Source: an uncultured Planctomycetaceae bacterium
GTDB taxonomy: Bacteria; Planctomycetota; Planctomycetia; Planctomycetales; Planctomycetaceae
NCBI GenBank assembly: GCA_963815195.1
Contig: CAWFGE010000006.1
Coordinates: 96,001 to 160,000, forward strand
Direction: 5' to 3'
DNA length: 64,000 nt
Part shown: one piece after another, positions 50,959 to 61,136 of the stretch
Numbering within the stretch: the first letter of the stretch is position 1
How the letters are laid out: each line of letters opens with the position of its first letter
Program-made: the position numbers and the translations under genes
Notes under the pieces: generated by a model
What the model was told of the DNA's origin: nothing
Database searches by the model: none
Seen by the model: the letters and a program-made list of their open reading frames with translations, nothing else

Positions 50959-52275
50959 TTAAACCAGTTCGCGGATCAGTTCGCGTTTTTCCACGAGGTA
51001 TTGCGGGCGGCCGTTGGGGTCGGTGAGGGTGGTGGTGTTGGCGTCGATGCCCAGTTGATGATACAGCGTGTGGAACACATGCTGCAAATGCACCGGCCGA
51101 TCCTGCGGTTCTTCGCCGAGCCGATTCGTCGCGCCGATCGCCTGCCCGTGTCGGAACCCGCCGCCGGCGAGGAAGAAGAACGCGGCCCGCGACCAGTGGT
51201 CGCGGCCGGCCCCGGAGTTGATCCGCGGCGTGCGGCCGAACTCGCCGGACATCATGATGATCGTGTCGTCCAAGCGGCCGCGCACGTCCAAGTCTTCGAT
51301 CAACGCGGTGAGTGCCTGGCTGAGGGGCGGGAGTTGTTCCCGCATCGATTGGAAGTTGTTGCCGTGGGTGTCCCAACCGCCCCACGAGAAGGAAACGCAG
51401 CGAACGCCGGCTTCGATCAGCCGCCGGGAGACGAGGAACCGCTGGTTGTCGCCGCGCCGGCGATTGTTGGTATCGTTGATGCCGTAGCGGTCCACGGTGC
51501 GGGGGTCTTCGTTCTTGACGTCGAGGGCTTTCGAAAGTTCGCCGGAGGTGATGATTCCCACGGCCCGGTCGCTGAAGCTGTCGAGCGCGGTCATCATGCC
51601 GGAGGTGTCCATGTCCCGCCGCATGCGGTCGAGGCCGGAAAGGAGAGCCTGCCGATCACCGAGCCGGTCCACGCTCACGCTGCGGTTGAGCTGCAAATTG
51701 GACCGGCCTTCGCCGTCGGGCCGATACGCGGCGTGGACCTGTCCCAAGAAGCCGGGCTTGGTCCAGCCGGTGAGGTCGACGGAAGTCGGGGCGGTGCCGT
51801 GGGGCGTGTTTTGGGCGGGTCCCCAGATTTTTGACATCACCGACTGCACGCCGGGCCGGCCGCCGATGGAATTCAGATCGCGTTCTTTCCAGCCGGATTC
51901 GGACTGCTTGGGATTGTGCTCGTTGTTCATGCCGTCGATGGAGCGGATGACGCTGAACTTGTCGCCGACGGTGGCGAGGTGCGTCATCAATTCGCAGATT
52001 TCCAGGCCGGGGGCGTTGGTGGCGATCGGGCGGAATTCGCCGCGGAACTCCTTGGGAGCATTGGGTTTCAGGTCGAAGGTGTCCATGTGGGTCGGCCCGC
52101 CGCCCAGGTAGATGTTGATCAGCGATTTCCCCGTGGCCTTTTCGCCCGCCAGGCTCTCGGCCCGCAGAAGATTAGCGAGCGTCAAACCGCCGACGCCCAG
52201 TGCACCGACTTTCAGAAAACTCCGCCGGGAGAGGCCGTCACAATACCGCTGCGAACCACCGTAGAACGAAAACAT
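50959..52275 (-). CDS. DUF1501 family protein
   Basis: SRRSFLKVG, IYLGGGPTHMDTFDLKP, RRLIEAGVR, WDTH, GEFGRTPRIN, GRDHW. Confidence 0.95.
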   Translation of the reverse strand: MFSFYGGSQRYCDGLSRRSFLKVGALGVGGLTLANLLRAESLAGEKATGKSLINIYLGGGPTHMDTFDLKPNAPKEFRGEFRPIATNAPGLEICELMTHLATVGDKFSVIRSIDGMNNEHNPKQSESGWKERDLNSIGGRPGVQSVMSKIWGPAQNTPHGTAPTSVDLTGWTKPGFLGQVHAAYRPDGEGRSNLQLNRSVSVDRLGDRQALLSGLDRMRRDMDTSGMMTALDSFSDRAVGIITSGELSKALDVKNEDPRTVDRYGINDTNNRRRGDNQRFLVSRRLIEAGVRCVSFSWGGWDTHGNNFQSMREQLPPLSQALTALIEDLDVRGRLDDTIIMMSGEFGRTPRINSGAGRDHWSRAAFFFLAGGGFRHGQAIGATNRLGEEPQDRPVHLQHVFHTLYHQLGIDANTTTLTDPNGRPQYLVEKRELIRELV

Positions 52276-52464
52276 CGCGATGCTCCTTCAAGGAACACGG
52301 GAGGGAGGGACGGCCCCAATCGAGGTCACCTCGAATGGACGCCACGTTAGGGATTGTAGCAGGTCACATCAACAAATCAATGTCCGCTGATATTGCAAGG
52401 TGGGACAGCGGTGATTTGGTGATGCCGGTCTTGCCAACCAGAATTGGCGTCCGGAAGGAAAGGG

Positions 52465-53972
52465 TTACGATTTTTTTTCGTTTTTCCGGGGGGATTGCGC
52501 GGGGCGGGTGATGAACAGCAACACCTGCAGCCCCAAAAACACGAAAAGGGGGAAAAACACGAGGATTCGGGCGATTTTCATCGCCGCCGCCAGCCACGGC
52601 CCCTCAAGGGCATAGACTTCCACCCGTTGCCTGCCGTTGGGAATGCCTTCCCTCTGGAGCTTCGCGATCAGCCGATCTCGGCGGTCCGCGGAGAGCTTCT
52701 GCTCATCCGTCTCCTCCACGAGAATCGGAATGGCCGGGTCGCGTTTTTGATCTTCAATCCGGTCCCAATGCTTTTGGCCGCTGGGACTGAGCTGAGCTTG
52801 CCCGGCGGTGAATTCTTCGCGATAGAAAATCGTGTCGGCCTGTTCCGCCCCCCGTTCCACTGGGCCGCGGGTGTCCAGAACCGATCCCAAAAACAGCACG
52901 AGCACGAACGCGAACAGCGTGAGCAACAGCACCCCGCAGCCGATGGCGGTCATCTGCGTTTTAAACAGGCTGCGTTCCGAGGTGGTTTCAAAATGCAGAT
53001 CGATCGTCCGCCGGCGGGCCAGCGACCTGCGCACCGCGTCCAAGACCTCGAAGTCGCGGGTCAGGTCCGCCCAATCCGGCCGGACGCCGGGTTCGCTCAT
53101 TCCCCGCTCGACATACTCCCGCGCCTCACACCGGGATCATATTTTTCGGTCGAGCCGGAGTCCTTCTCGCCGAGCTCTTCGATATCCCAATCCTCTCCGC
53201 TGCCCTGATAAGCCGCCGGCCCGTCATTGCGGGTGAGCGTCAACTGCCACCGGGCAGGTGTGGACACGGGACGGATTGTCCAGATCGCATCCGGCAGGTT
53301 CTCGCCGGCGAGCGTCACTGTGGCGGTGACAATTCCCCCGGCGGGCGTCGCGGACTGCACCGCGGTCACTTGATGATATTCTCCGCCCAATCGCCGGAGC
53401 AGCCCCACATCCGGGAGCAGAAACTCCCGGAGGGACACCTCGTTCAATTCCGTCCCCGCGGCCAATCGCACCTCCCGCTCGCACCGAAGATGCAAGAGGC
53501 GCGGAAGGCTTTCCGTTTTGGAAGCCGACGTTTCCGCGGGGCTCGGTGTTTCCGGTTCGTGGATGGGCGAAGAAACGTCTGGTCGTTCAAGATTGCCAAA
53601 CAGCGGATGCTCCCACAGCGGGCACACGGGGAGCAACAAAACGCCGGTGTCGTCCCGCAGCAGCGACAATTCGTAGATGAGTTCCGTGTCCCAGGCCCCT
53701 CGCGGAAAAACGACCAGCGGCCGGGCCGAAGCGGCGAGTTGCTTTGCGGCTTCGCCGATCAACACTTCCGATCCGCAAACAATCACCGCGGACAGGTCGC
53801 CCGTGATCAGGTCTTCCCAGTCCACGATTTTGACCGCGGGAACGCTTCGCAGAATCTCCGCTTCCAGATCGCCGGCCAAAGCTGCCCGCGTCACGAGATG
53901 CTCCGGATCCGCGACCAGCGCACGCACCAACGGCAACACGGCCGGATCATCACCGAGCACAGCAAACTTCAT
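52465..53972 (-). CDS. Gfo/Idh/MocA-like oxidoreductase-related protein with a C-terminal membrane part, probable frameshift near 53120
   Basis: MKFAVLGDD N-terminus; PDWADLTRDFEVLDAVRRSL, SERSLFKTQMTAIGC in the next ORF. Confidence 0.6.
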
Positions 53973-54122
53973 AAGGCGGTTTACAACAGATTGAAGAGGA
54001 CGGTTTTCATGTCCTCCGAAATATCGAATATCGGAAGCTGCCCCAGATTGTAAGCGATGGGTTCCCCGTCTGAGAAGTTGCCTTGGAAATGGCGCGAATG
54101 TCGAACTCTCAAAATACAATTC

Positions 54123-54173
54123 GCCCGAAGCGCAAGCGAGGGAATCCGTGACTCCCTCGCCTGCGATTCGGGC
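54123..54173. repeat. REP-like palindrome
   Basis: gcccgaagcgcaagcgaggga/tccctcgcctgcgattcgggc. Confidence 0.7.
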
Positions 54174-54201
54174 TAGTGAAAACTACCCCGTTTTTAAGGC
54201 G

Positions 54202-55161
54202 TCATTTGCGGGCGGTTGCGGTTTTGGGGCGGGTGAGCGGCTGGATGATTTCCTCCAGCGAAATGTCGTCCTCGGCGTTTCGTTTGGCCAACTCGCGTTT
54301 GCGGACGTCCACGAAAACGCGCACCGTCAACTGGATCAATTCCCGCGGGCGCTCCGGGGGCACGCCTTCCATTTTGCGGGCGATGTGCTCGACCCAGCCC
54401 GGCTGATGGGCCATCGCCGTGGACATCAAATGCACGAACAGGCACACCTCGCGGAGATTGCGGTCGATAATCAGATTCGCCAAGGGCGAAACCAGCTTGG
54501 CCGCGGTCTCGACCGCCTGGGACGGAAACGCCACGTACATCCGCAGCCGGTTTCGCGACCAGGTCTGGCCGTCGGGCGATTTCACGAAATCCCATTGCAG
54601 ATGCAACAGCGACCGGGCTTTGATTCCCCCGGGAAGGATCGGGCTTTGCACCGTGCCTTCGCACACGAGCAGCAACTGGTGCGGATCGCGGTGCAGAACT
54701 TCAATCCGGCCCGTCGTGCCTTCGTCGTCCGCGATGGCAAACAAGTCCGGTCCGAGTTCCGTCATCTGGAATTTGGAGATCTTCATCGCCCGCCAAATGC
54801 TGACCGCCACGTCGGGATGGTCGAGAAAAAACCGATGCACCTCCGGGTCCACCTCGAAGGCAAACGCCGGCAGTTCCCGAAACACGCTCAGCGATTCCAG
54901 GATCCCTTCGACCTTCTTCCCCTCGGCAAGCGTCAACTGCGAGAGGGGTAATTCCGAGATGCCCCGCCGCTCGGCGTCCTTTGCGGAACTGCCTTTGCTC
55001 AGGGCGCGAAGTTTGTCTTCGAGCCGAGCGCGTTTGGTCTTGGTCTCGTTCGGCGAATCGGCCGGCAGCCGCCCTGGGGCCAACCCCGCCGCGAGAAAAC
55101 ACAGTCCATAACATATCAACCGAAGCCGCGCGCGGCGTCGATTCTCCCGGCGCTTGAGCAT
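54202..55161 (-). CDS. Conserved planctomycete hypothetical exported protein
   Basis: Signal-like N-terminus, FFLDHPDVAVSIWRAM, IIDRNLREV. Confidence 0.75.
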   Translation of the reverse strand: MLKRRENRRRARLRLICYGLCFLAAGLAPGRLPADSPNETKTKRARLEDKLRALSKGSSAKDAERRGISELPLSQLTLAEGKKVEGILESLSVFRELPAFAFEVDPEVHRFFLDHPDVAVSIWRAMKISKFQMTELGPDLFAIADDEGTTGRIEVLHRDPHQLLLVCEGTVQSPILPGGIKARSLLHLQWDFVKSPDGQTWSRNRLRMYVAFPSQAVETAAKLVSPLANLIIDRNLREVCLFVHLMSTAMAHQPGWVEHIARKMEGVPPERPRELIQLTVRVFVDVRKRELAKRNAEDDISLEEIIQPLTRPKTATARK

Positions 55162-55548
55162 ACGCCATTCCCCCCTTTGTCGCGAATTGGCAAACTCGCC
55201 TGTGCAAAAGGAAAGATCGGCACAAACCGCCTCTTGACGCCAATCGAAATCTTTCTCCAACCCGCCGGCCCTCCGCGCGCGATCCATCGGTTTTTTGGAA
55301 TTCCGGAACGGTAACCATCGGTTGTTTCGCTGTCACGTTATTTCCCGCATGATGCGAGATCGGCCGGTTCCGGCTGATGTTCTTTATCGCTTTGCGCAAA
55401 GAAATCACCTCATCCTTTGCGCCTCAGCGCCTCGGCGTGAGGTTTTTCTGATTTCTGCAAAAAAACGGCGTGACATCGAACATGTCACCCCGCCCTGGAA
55501 TCTTAGAAGCGGTTTTCGTTCTGAGTTTTGAAAAAGGCGGTGCAACTC

Positions 55549-56574
55549 ATGCAATCCCCATTCTCCGATGTCACCGCGGGCGGTCCGATCGTCGATTGCC
55601 ATACGCATATTTTCTGCTGGGGCGAGAATCCCGAGGAAGGGTTCCTCTCCGAAAAGACCCGGCGGGCGTGGCTCACCCGGCTGGTACTTTGGCTGACAAA
55701 AATCCACCGCGAAGACGGCGAAACCCTCAGCGAAAAAATCCGCGCACGGCTGCTCAGGCAGGTGGCGGAATCCCGCCTGGATTTCGCGGTGGTCCTCGCT
55801 CAAGATGCGGTCTATCGCGAAGACGGCTCGCGAAACGATGCCGCCACCCACTTTTATGTCTCCAACGATTACGTCCTGGACCTGGCCAAGGAATCCCCAA
55901 AGATTCTGCCGGGCTGCTCGATCAACCCCAAACGGCGGGATGCGCTCCGGGAGTTGCAGCGCTGCCGGGACGCCGGCTGCCGATTGATCAAAGTTCACAC
56001 CGCGATCCAAGGCGTCGATCCGGCCCTTCCCGAGTTCGAACCGTTTTACCGGCTGGCCGAGGAGTTGGGCGTGGTGTTGATGTTTCACACAGGCTACGAG
56101 CATTCCTGCACCGTGGTCTCGCAGGAGTTCACCGATCCCAGCCGATTAGAGCGGCCGCTCGCTTGCGGGTGCACCGTGATTGCCGCCCATTGCGGCACCT
56201 GCGCGATCTTTGACCGGGAGGATTATTACCCGCGGTTTGTGGAGATGATGCATCGGCACGAAAACCTCTTCGGCGACACCGCCGTGCTCGCGGGGCTTGT
56301 CCGCTGGAGCGCGCTCAAAAAACTTTCGCGCGAGCCGGACATTCTCCGGCAGCGGATCCTGCACGGCAGCGATTATCCGTTGCCTCCTGCGCGATTGCCT
56401 TATCTCATGCGGACCGGTCTCTTCCCCGCGGAGCGACACAACCCGCTCGATCTCGACTGGCGGATCAAATGCTCATTCGCCCTGGGACGATCCTATGGAA
56501 ACCGCATCTTAGATTTGTTGGGAATCGACCAACACGCGGCGGTTTCCCATTCGCACGCGGAGGCATCCACCTGA
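55549..56574 (+). CDS. Amidohydrolase family protein
   Basis: IVDCHTH, SINP, MFHTGYEH, VIAAHCG, LHGSDYP. Confidence 0.88.
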   Translation: MQSPFSDVTAGGPIVDCHTHIFCWGENPEEGFLSEKTRRAWLTRLVLWLTKIHREDGETLSEKIRARLLRQVAESRLDFAVVLAQDAVYREDGSRNDAATHFYVSNDYVLDLAKESPKILPGCSINPKRRDALRELQRCRDAGCRLIKVHTAIQGVDPALPEFEPFYRLAEELGVVLMFHTGYEHSCTVVSQEFTDPSRLERPLACGCTVIAAHCGTCAIFDREDYYPRFVEMMHRHENLFGDTAVLAGLVRWSALKKLSREPDILRQRILHGSDYPLPPARLPYLMRTGLFPAERHNPLDLDWRIKCSFALGRSYGNRILDLLGIDQHAAVSHSHAEAST

Positions 56575-56600
56575 CGGCGGCAAGATACCGCCGCTGCGTT

Positions 56601-57665
56601 TTATGCCAGCGTGTAAGTTTCAAAGGGATGATCGCAAGGCGTGCCGCGGGTGATGTGCATTTGCCGGCGGCCCGGTTCGATGACGAGCGCGAACACGGTC
56701 TCCCAAAATCCATTGGCCGGTTCATCGTTCGCATGCCGGCAGATGGATGTCGGATAGTTGTCGTGGTCCCGCAGCAATTGTTTGAGTTCCTCGATCGATC
56801 CTTCGGTCGTGGCCAGCAGGTTGTCGATCCGGCGTTTGCGGGCGTGGGATTGGATCAGTTCGGGAAACTCCTCGTTGATGGGCACCAAATCGGGATGCAC
56901 GCAGTGGTTCGTATGCGCGATCCAAGAAGAATCGTCCGGCCGGAGAACGCGGACATCATCGATGGTGACTTCCAGGTCGGCCGGGCCGTCGGGAGTGGCG
57001 AGCATGATATTGGCGGGAATCGCGCGATACGCCCGCCGCACAGATTCGACAGCCTCTTCCAATGAATCGGCCTCGAAGAGTTCCCGCAACGTGAAATAAT
57101 GCGGCACCCCCACCGGCCGGCTGGGAGCGGGCAGCGTGTTGACGCAGGCCCCGATGCCGGTTTCGCTCAGGCCCATGTACGAAATCAGCCCAGCCTGCGT
57201 GCAGCACATCGTCGCCGGCTTGCCCTCGGGCCGGCGGGTGAGAACGACCGTAAACGCATCGAGAACCGGGTCGTTGTCCCACGTCTGGGCGACGACGGCT
57301 CCGGTGCGGGTCCGCGGTTCGATCGCCAGCGAAGTGCAGCCGCCTGCCTGTTCCGGGGTGAATTGATTGCGGACCTGAAGCAGCATCAAATCGTCCAAGG
57401 TCACGCCCGCCGCTTCCGCCGTCCCGCGAAGCTCTTCCACGAGATCGGGCCGATAGTCTTCCGCATACTTTTGGCTCTGCCGGGCGATCTGGAGGGCCCG
57501 CTCGCGGGAAATGGGCACGGTCTTGTTGACCCGCGCGAGCGCAACCTCGCAAAAGCCCCGGACTTCCTCGCGGGCGGCCTCACCGATCTGCCGCCCCAAC
57601 TCCCGCGGCGGTCCGCTCACGGCCATCTCGCGATACCGCGTGGGTGTGTCGCTCATAACGCTCAC
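56601..57665 (-). CDS. Peptidase C45 / acyl-CoA:6-APA acyltransferase family Ntn hydrolase
   Basis: ELGRQIGE, G/CTS autoproteolysis site, AQTWD, AHTNH. Confidence 0.9.
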   Translation of the reverse strand: MSVMSDTPTRYREMAVSGPPRELGRQIGEAAREEVRGFCEVALARVNKTVPISRERALQIARQSQKYAEDYRPDLVEELRGTAEAAGVTLDDLMLLQVRNQFTPEQAGGCTSLAIEPRTRTGAVVAQTWDNDPVLDAFTVVLTRRPEGKPATMCCTQAGLISYMGLSETGIGACVNTLPAPSRPVGVPHYFTLRELFEADSLEEAVESVRRAYRAIPANIMLATPDGPADLEVTIDDVRVLRPDDSSWIAHTNHCVHPDLVPINEEFPELIQSHARKRRIDNLLATTEGSIEELKQLLRDHDNYPTSICRHANDEPANGFWETVFALVIEPGRRQMHITRGTPCDHPFETYTLA

Positions 57666-57971
57666 TCATGCTGTTGGGAGAATTCGTCAAACCTAAAACC
57701 CGCATCAAAACTCTACCCGGATTTGAAACCGCCGACAACGTCCGCGTTTCTTTTGCGATACATAGGATGTGTAACTCAGTAGTTCCAAATTATGGAAAAA
57801 GGACCGAAGGTCCGGTCCTAAATTCTTTTGGTACGGGCGTCTCGTCTGCTCATGCAGCCGGGACGGTTCGCCACATTCACACGAAATTTGGAGCGACTGA
57901 AATTGCAATCGTTCCTTGGATCGTTCACAGTTGAGGCGGGTGAACGAGCTTTGTCTCCGGCGAATCAGGCG

Positions 57972-58922
57972 ATGCACGACGGCGATTTTCTTCAGGCGAT
58001 TGAAGCGGACCCGCAGAGCCAGGCGGTTCGCCTGGTGTACGCCGACTGGCTGGATGAGCAGGGCGATCTGCGCGGGGAGCTTTTGCGGATTCAAGAAGAA
58101 CTTCGGCAGATTGAGGTTCGCGATCGGCCGCGCAAAGAAGCCCGCATGCACGAGTTGCTTGCGGATGGGAATGAGCCGCTGATGGTCGTTCGCGAATGGT
58201 TTCCCGGTATGGAAATGATCCTCGTTTTTCCGGGCGAGTTTCTGATGGGCAGCCCGCCGGCGGAAGAACGAAACCCGAATGAAAACCAGGTCGCCGCCCG
58301 GCTTAGCGAACCGTTTTATCTCAGCCGCCGTACCGTGACGCAAGGGCAATGGGCCTCGGTGATGAAGAGCAAACCCTGGAAGGGCCGGGATTGTATCAAG
58401 GACGATAAAGATCACCCCGCGGCGTATTTGAGTTGGAACGATGCGACGGCATTCTGCGAGGCACTCAGTTATCAAACCGAAACCCTGCCGGAGAACTGGA
58501 TGTTCGCTTTGCCCACGGAGGCCCAATGGGAATACGCCTGCCGGGCCGGGACGACGACTCGGTATTGCTTTGGGAAGGACGAGGGACAATTGCCGGATTA
58601 CGCCTGGTTCGACCGCAACGCCGCGCATGCGGGAAAGATGTACGCCCCGCGCTCGGGGCAACTCAAACCCAATCCGTGGGGCCTTTTCGACATACACGGC
58701 GGACTTTGGGAATGGTGCCGGGACTTCTATCAAAACACCCTGCCGGGCGGCAGCGATCCCTTGGTCACGCAAGCATCCGCCCATCGCGTGCGCCGCGGCG
58801 GGTGCTGGCTCAACCCTGACGTGGACTGCCGATCTGCCGTCCGCGGGTTTTCCTCGGCCGAAAGCCGCGTCAATTGGCTCGGCTTCCGCGTGGCTGTGGT
58901 CCCGAGAATCACCACTTCGTAA
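57972..58922 (+). CDS. TIGR02996 domain + FGE-sulfatase (SUMF1-like) domain protein
   Basis: FLQAIEADP...RLVYADWLDEQGD.RGELLR; FLMGSP, VTQGQW, LPTEAQWEYACRAG, PNPWGLFDIHG. Confidence 0.9.
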   Translation: MHDGDFLQAIEADPQSQAVRLVYADWLDEQGDLRGELLRIQEELRQIEVRDRPRKEARMHELLADGNEPLMVVREWFPGMEMILVFPGEFLMGSPPAEERNPNENQVAARLSEPFYLSRRTVTQGQWASVMKSKPWKGRDCIKDDKDHPAAYLSWNDATAFCEALSYQTETLPENWMFALPTEAQWEYACRAGTTTRYCFGKDEGQLPDYAWFDRNAAHAGKMYAPRSGQLKPNPWGLFDIHGGLWEWCRDFYQNTLPGGSDPLVTQASAHRVRRGGCWLNPDVDCRSAVRGFSSAESRVNWLGFRVAVVPRITTS

Positions 58923-58968
58923 AGACAGGAACCACGAAACACACGATTGACAATCAGACGAGGATTCA

Positions 58969-59748
58969 ATGCTTGCTATCCCAAAAAACCTGGAACGTCG
59001 GTTTCGCGATTTGGTCGATAAATACGATCATAAATACGATCTTACCGATCACTTCCGTGAATTGCGGCGTTCTGTTCGTTCGGGCTTCGCGATTCATCGG
59101 GGAAAGCGGTCGAAGATACCGGGGACATCGCGATTTGGCGGCATACCCGATGTCCCCGATGTCCCCGATGGTTTTCGGTGGCCACGAAGTCCACTCGGAG
59201 CCTTACATTTTGTTGCACAGATCAAACTCAGCGAACTGCCGAAGTTCGTCGATTCGTTACCACGAAGTGGTTACTTGCTCTTCTTCGCTGGCGGCGAGGG
59301 TTGCCCTTGCGCGGTGTTCTGGTTTGCAAATTCCCCCAAAGCGATGAAGCCAGCCACTCCACCTGATCTCGATGATTTTACGCCCGGCATCGCTCATACG
59401 CCAATTTTCACTGCAACGCCTATCCGGTTTGTTCCAGCCATCTATATTCCGCCAGTCGATCCTTTACGCTGCGACGATGACGACTTCTTTGACCGTCATT
59501 ATGAATTGATAGGCCAATTGGAGGACTCCGACAGCCGCTTGCTGGGATACTCCTATTACGATCCAGGCGACCACGGATTGCCGGGCGGTTTCAAAAAATG
59601 GGATCCGCTTCTTCAAGTTGATTCGTCTTATCCATGCTCCGATATGCTTTGGAATGACAACGGGAAATTGGCTTTTTTCGTTCGCCGTGGTTGCGTTAAG
59701 AGATCCGCGTTCGGACGACCTGCTTCACTGATTCTCGGAGCCGGCTAG
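58969..59748 (+). CDS. DUF1963 (YwqG-like) protein
   Basis: GTSRFGGIPDVP, LHFVAQIKL, LPRSGYLLFF, SRLLGY, LLQVDS, MLWNDNG. Confidence 0.85.
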   Translation: MLAIPKNLERRFRDLVDKYDHKYDLTDHFRELRRSVRSGFAIHRGKRSKIPGTSRFGGIPDVPDVPDGFRWPRSPLGALHFVAQIKLSELPKFVDSLPRSGYLLFFAGGEGCPCAVFWFANSPKAMKPATPPDLDDFTPGIAHTPIFTATPIRFVPAIYIPPVDPLRCDDDDFFDRHYELIGQLEDSDSRLLGYSYYDPGDHGLPGGFKKWDPLLQVDSSYPCSDMLWNDNGKLAFFVRRGCVKRSAFGRPASLILGAG

Positions 59749-59860
59749 ACTCGCGATCCCCAAAAAATTCGCGGGATTCGTGTCATTCGTGGTTCCCATC
59801 TTTTACATTCTGAGTTCCCATACTTTTTCTCGATCCGTTTGAATCGTTTTGAGTTACCTA

Positions 59861-61081
59861 ATGAATCCTTCCGAACATCCCGCGACTTCCGAGGAACTGG
59901 CGGCGTTTCTTCAGGAGAACGCGGCGGGCGAGCGGCGGGCGATTGTTCCCGTCGGCGGCGGGACTTGGCTGGATTTTGGGTATCCCGCCAGGCCGGGCGT
60001 GGAACTTCATACCGGCGGGCTTTCGCGGGTTTTGGATTATCCCGCCCGCGATATGACGATCACCGTGGAAGCCGGACTGCCTGTCCAACAGCTTCAGGAA
60101 ACTCTAAGAAAAGAACGCCAACAGGTGCCGGTGGATTTTCCCGAAGTCGATCGAGCGACCGTCGGCGGGGTGATTGCGGCGAATGTCTTCGGCCCCCGGC
60201 GGTTTGGCTCCGGAACGCTGAGGGATTATGTGATCGGGATCACCGCCGTCGATGCGGGCGGGCGGGTGTTTCACGCGGGCGGGCGGGTCGTCAAAAACGT
60301 GGCGGGGTACGATCTCTGCAAACTGATGGTCGGCTCCTGGGGCACGCTGGCGGTGCTGACGGAAGTCACCCTCAAAGTCACCCCCATTCCCGAAACCCAC
60401 GCCTGGATCTGGTCGTGTTGGAAGAGTCTGGATCAGATCGATACCGCGGCCGCCCGGCTGCTCACCTCCGAAACTCGCCCGGTGGCCATGGAAGTGCTCA
60501 ACCTAACCGCCGCGGCTCGCATTGTCGAACCTCTCGGTCAAACATGGCCCGCCGAGCCGTTCGTGCTTGCGGTGCTGGTCGCGGGCTCGGCTGCGGACAC
60601 CGAATGGCAAACGCAAAAGCTGAAAGAAGAACTCGCCCCGCATCAGCCGAGCACTGTCGATGTTGCGACCGGTTCGGAAGCGGAGAATTTGCTCAATTCG
60701 CTCACAAGCTTTGGCGTCACCGAAAGCCGATTTTCCATTCGCGCCCATTTGCTGCCTTCGCGGACGATGGAGTTTATCGACCGGGCGAGCCAAGCGGGAT
60801 TTCTCGTGCAAGCGCACGCTGGGAACGGCATCGTCATCGCCCAGGCTCCCGAAGATCTGACCTCAGTTGAAGACGCCTCGGGGAAAATCGCTGCGCTGCG
60901 CGAACTGGCCGAATCGCAAATGGGCAGTTTGATTCTCACCCGCTGCCCCGCGGAGTGGAAAACTGAAATCCACGTGTTCGGCAGCGGGCAATCCGCCTGG
61001 CCTTTGATGAAAAAACTGAAAACCTCCCTCGATCCCCACAACCTGCTCAGCCCGCATCGCTTGTTTGAGCCCGAGGGATAA
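59861..61081 (+). CDS. glcE: Glycolate oxidase FAD-binding subunit GlcE-like
   Basis: VGGGT, DMTITVEAG, ATVGG, GGRVVKNVAGYDLCKLMVGSWGTL, LDPHNLL. Confidence 0.88.
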   Translation: MNPSEHPATSEELAAFLQENAAGERRAIVPVGGGTWLDFGYPARPGVELHTGGLSRVLDYPARDMTITVEAGLPVQQLQETLRKERQQVPVDFPEVDRATVGGVIAANVFGPRRFGSGTLRDYVIGITAVDAGGRVFHAGGRVVKNVAGYDLCKLMVGSWGTLAVLTEVTLKVTPIPETHAWIWSCWKSLDQIDTAAARLLTSETRPVAMEVLNLTAAARIVEPLGQTWPAEPFVLAVLVAGSAADTEWQTQKLKEELAPHQPSTVDVATGSEAENLLNSLTSFGVTESRFSIRAHLLPSRTMEFIDRASQAGFLVQAHAGNGIVIAQAPEDLTSVEDASGKIAALRELAESQMGSLILTRCPAEWKTEIHVFGSGQSAWPLMKKLKTSLDPHNLLSPHRLFEPEG

Positions 61082-61136
61082 CCGACAATGGTCTGTTGAG
61101 ACACGTCATCCACCGCCTAATTCCACCGTTGAAAAC

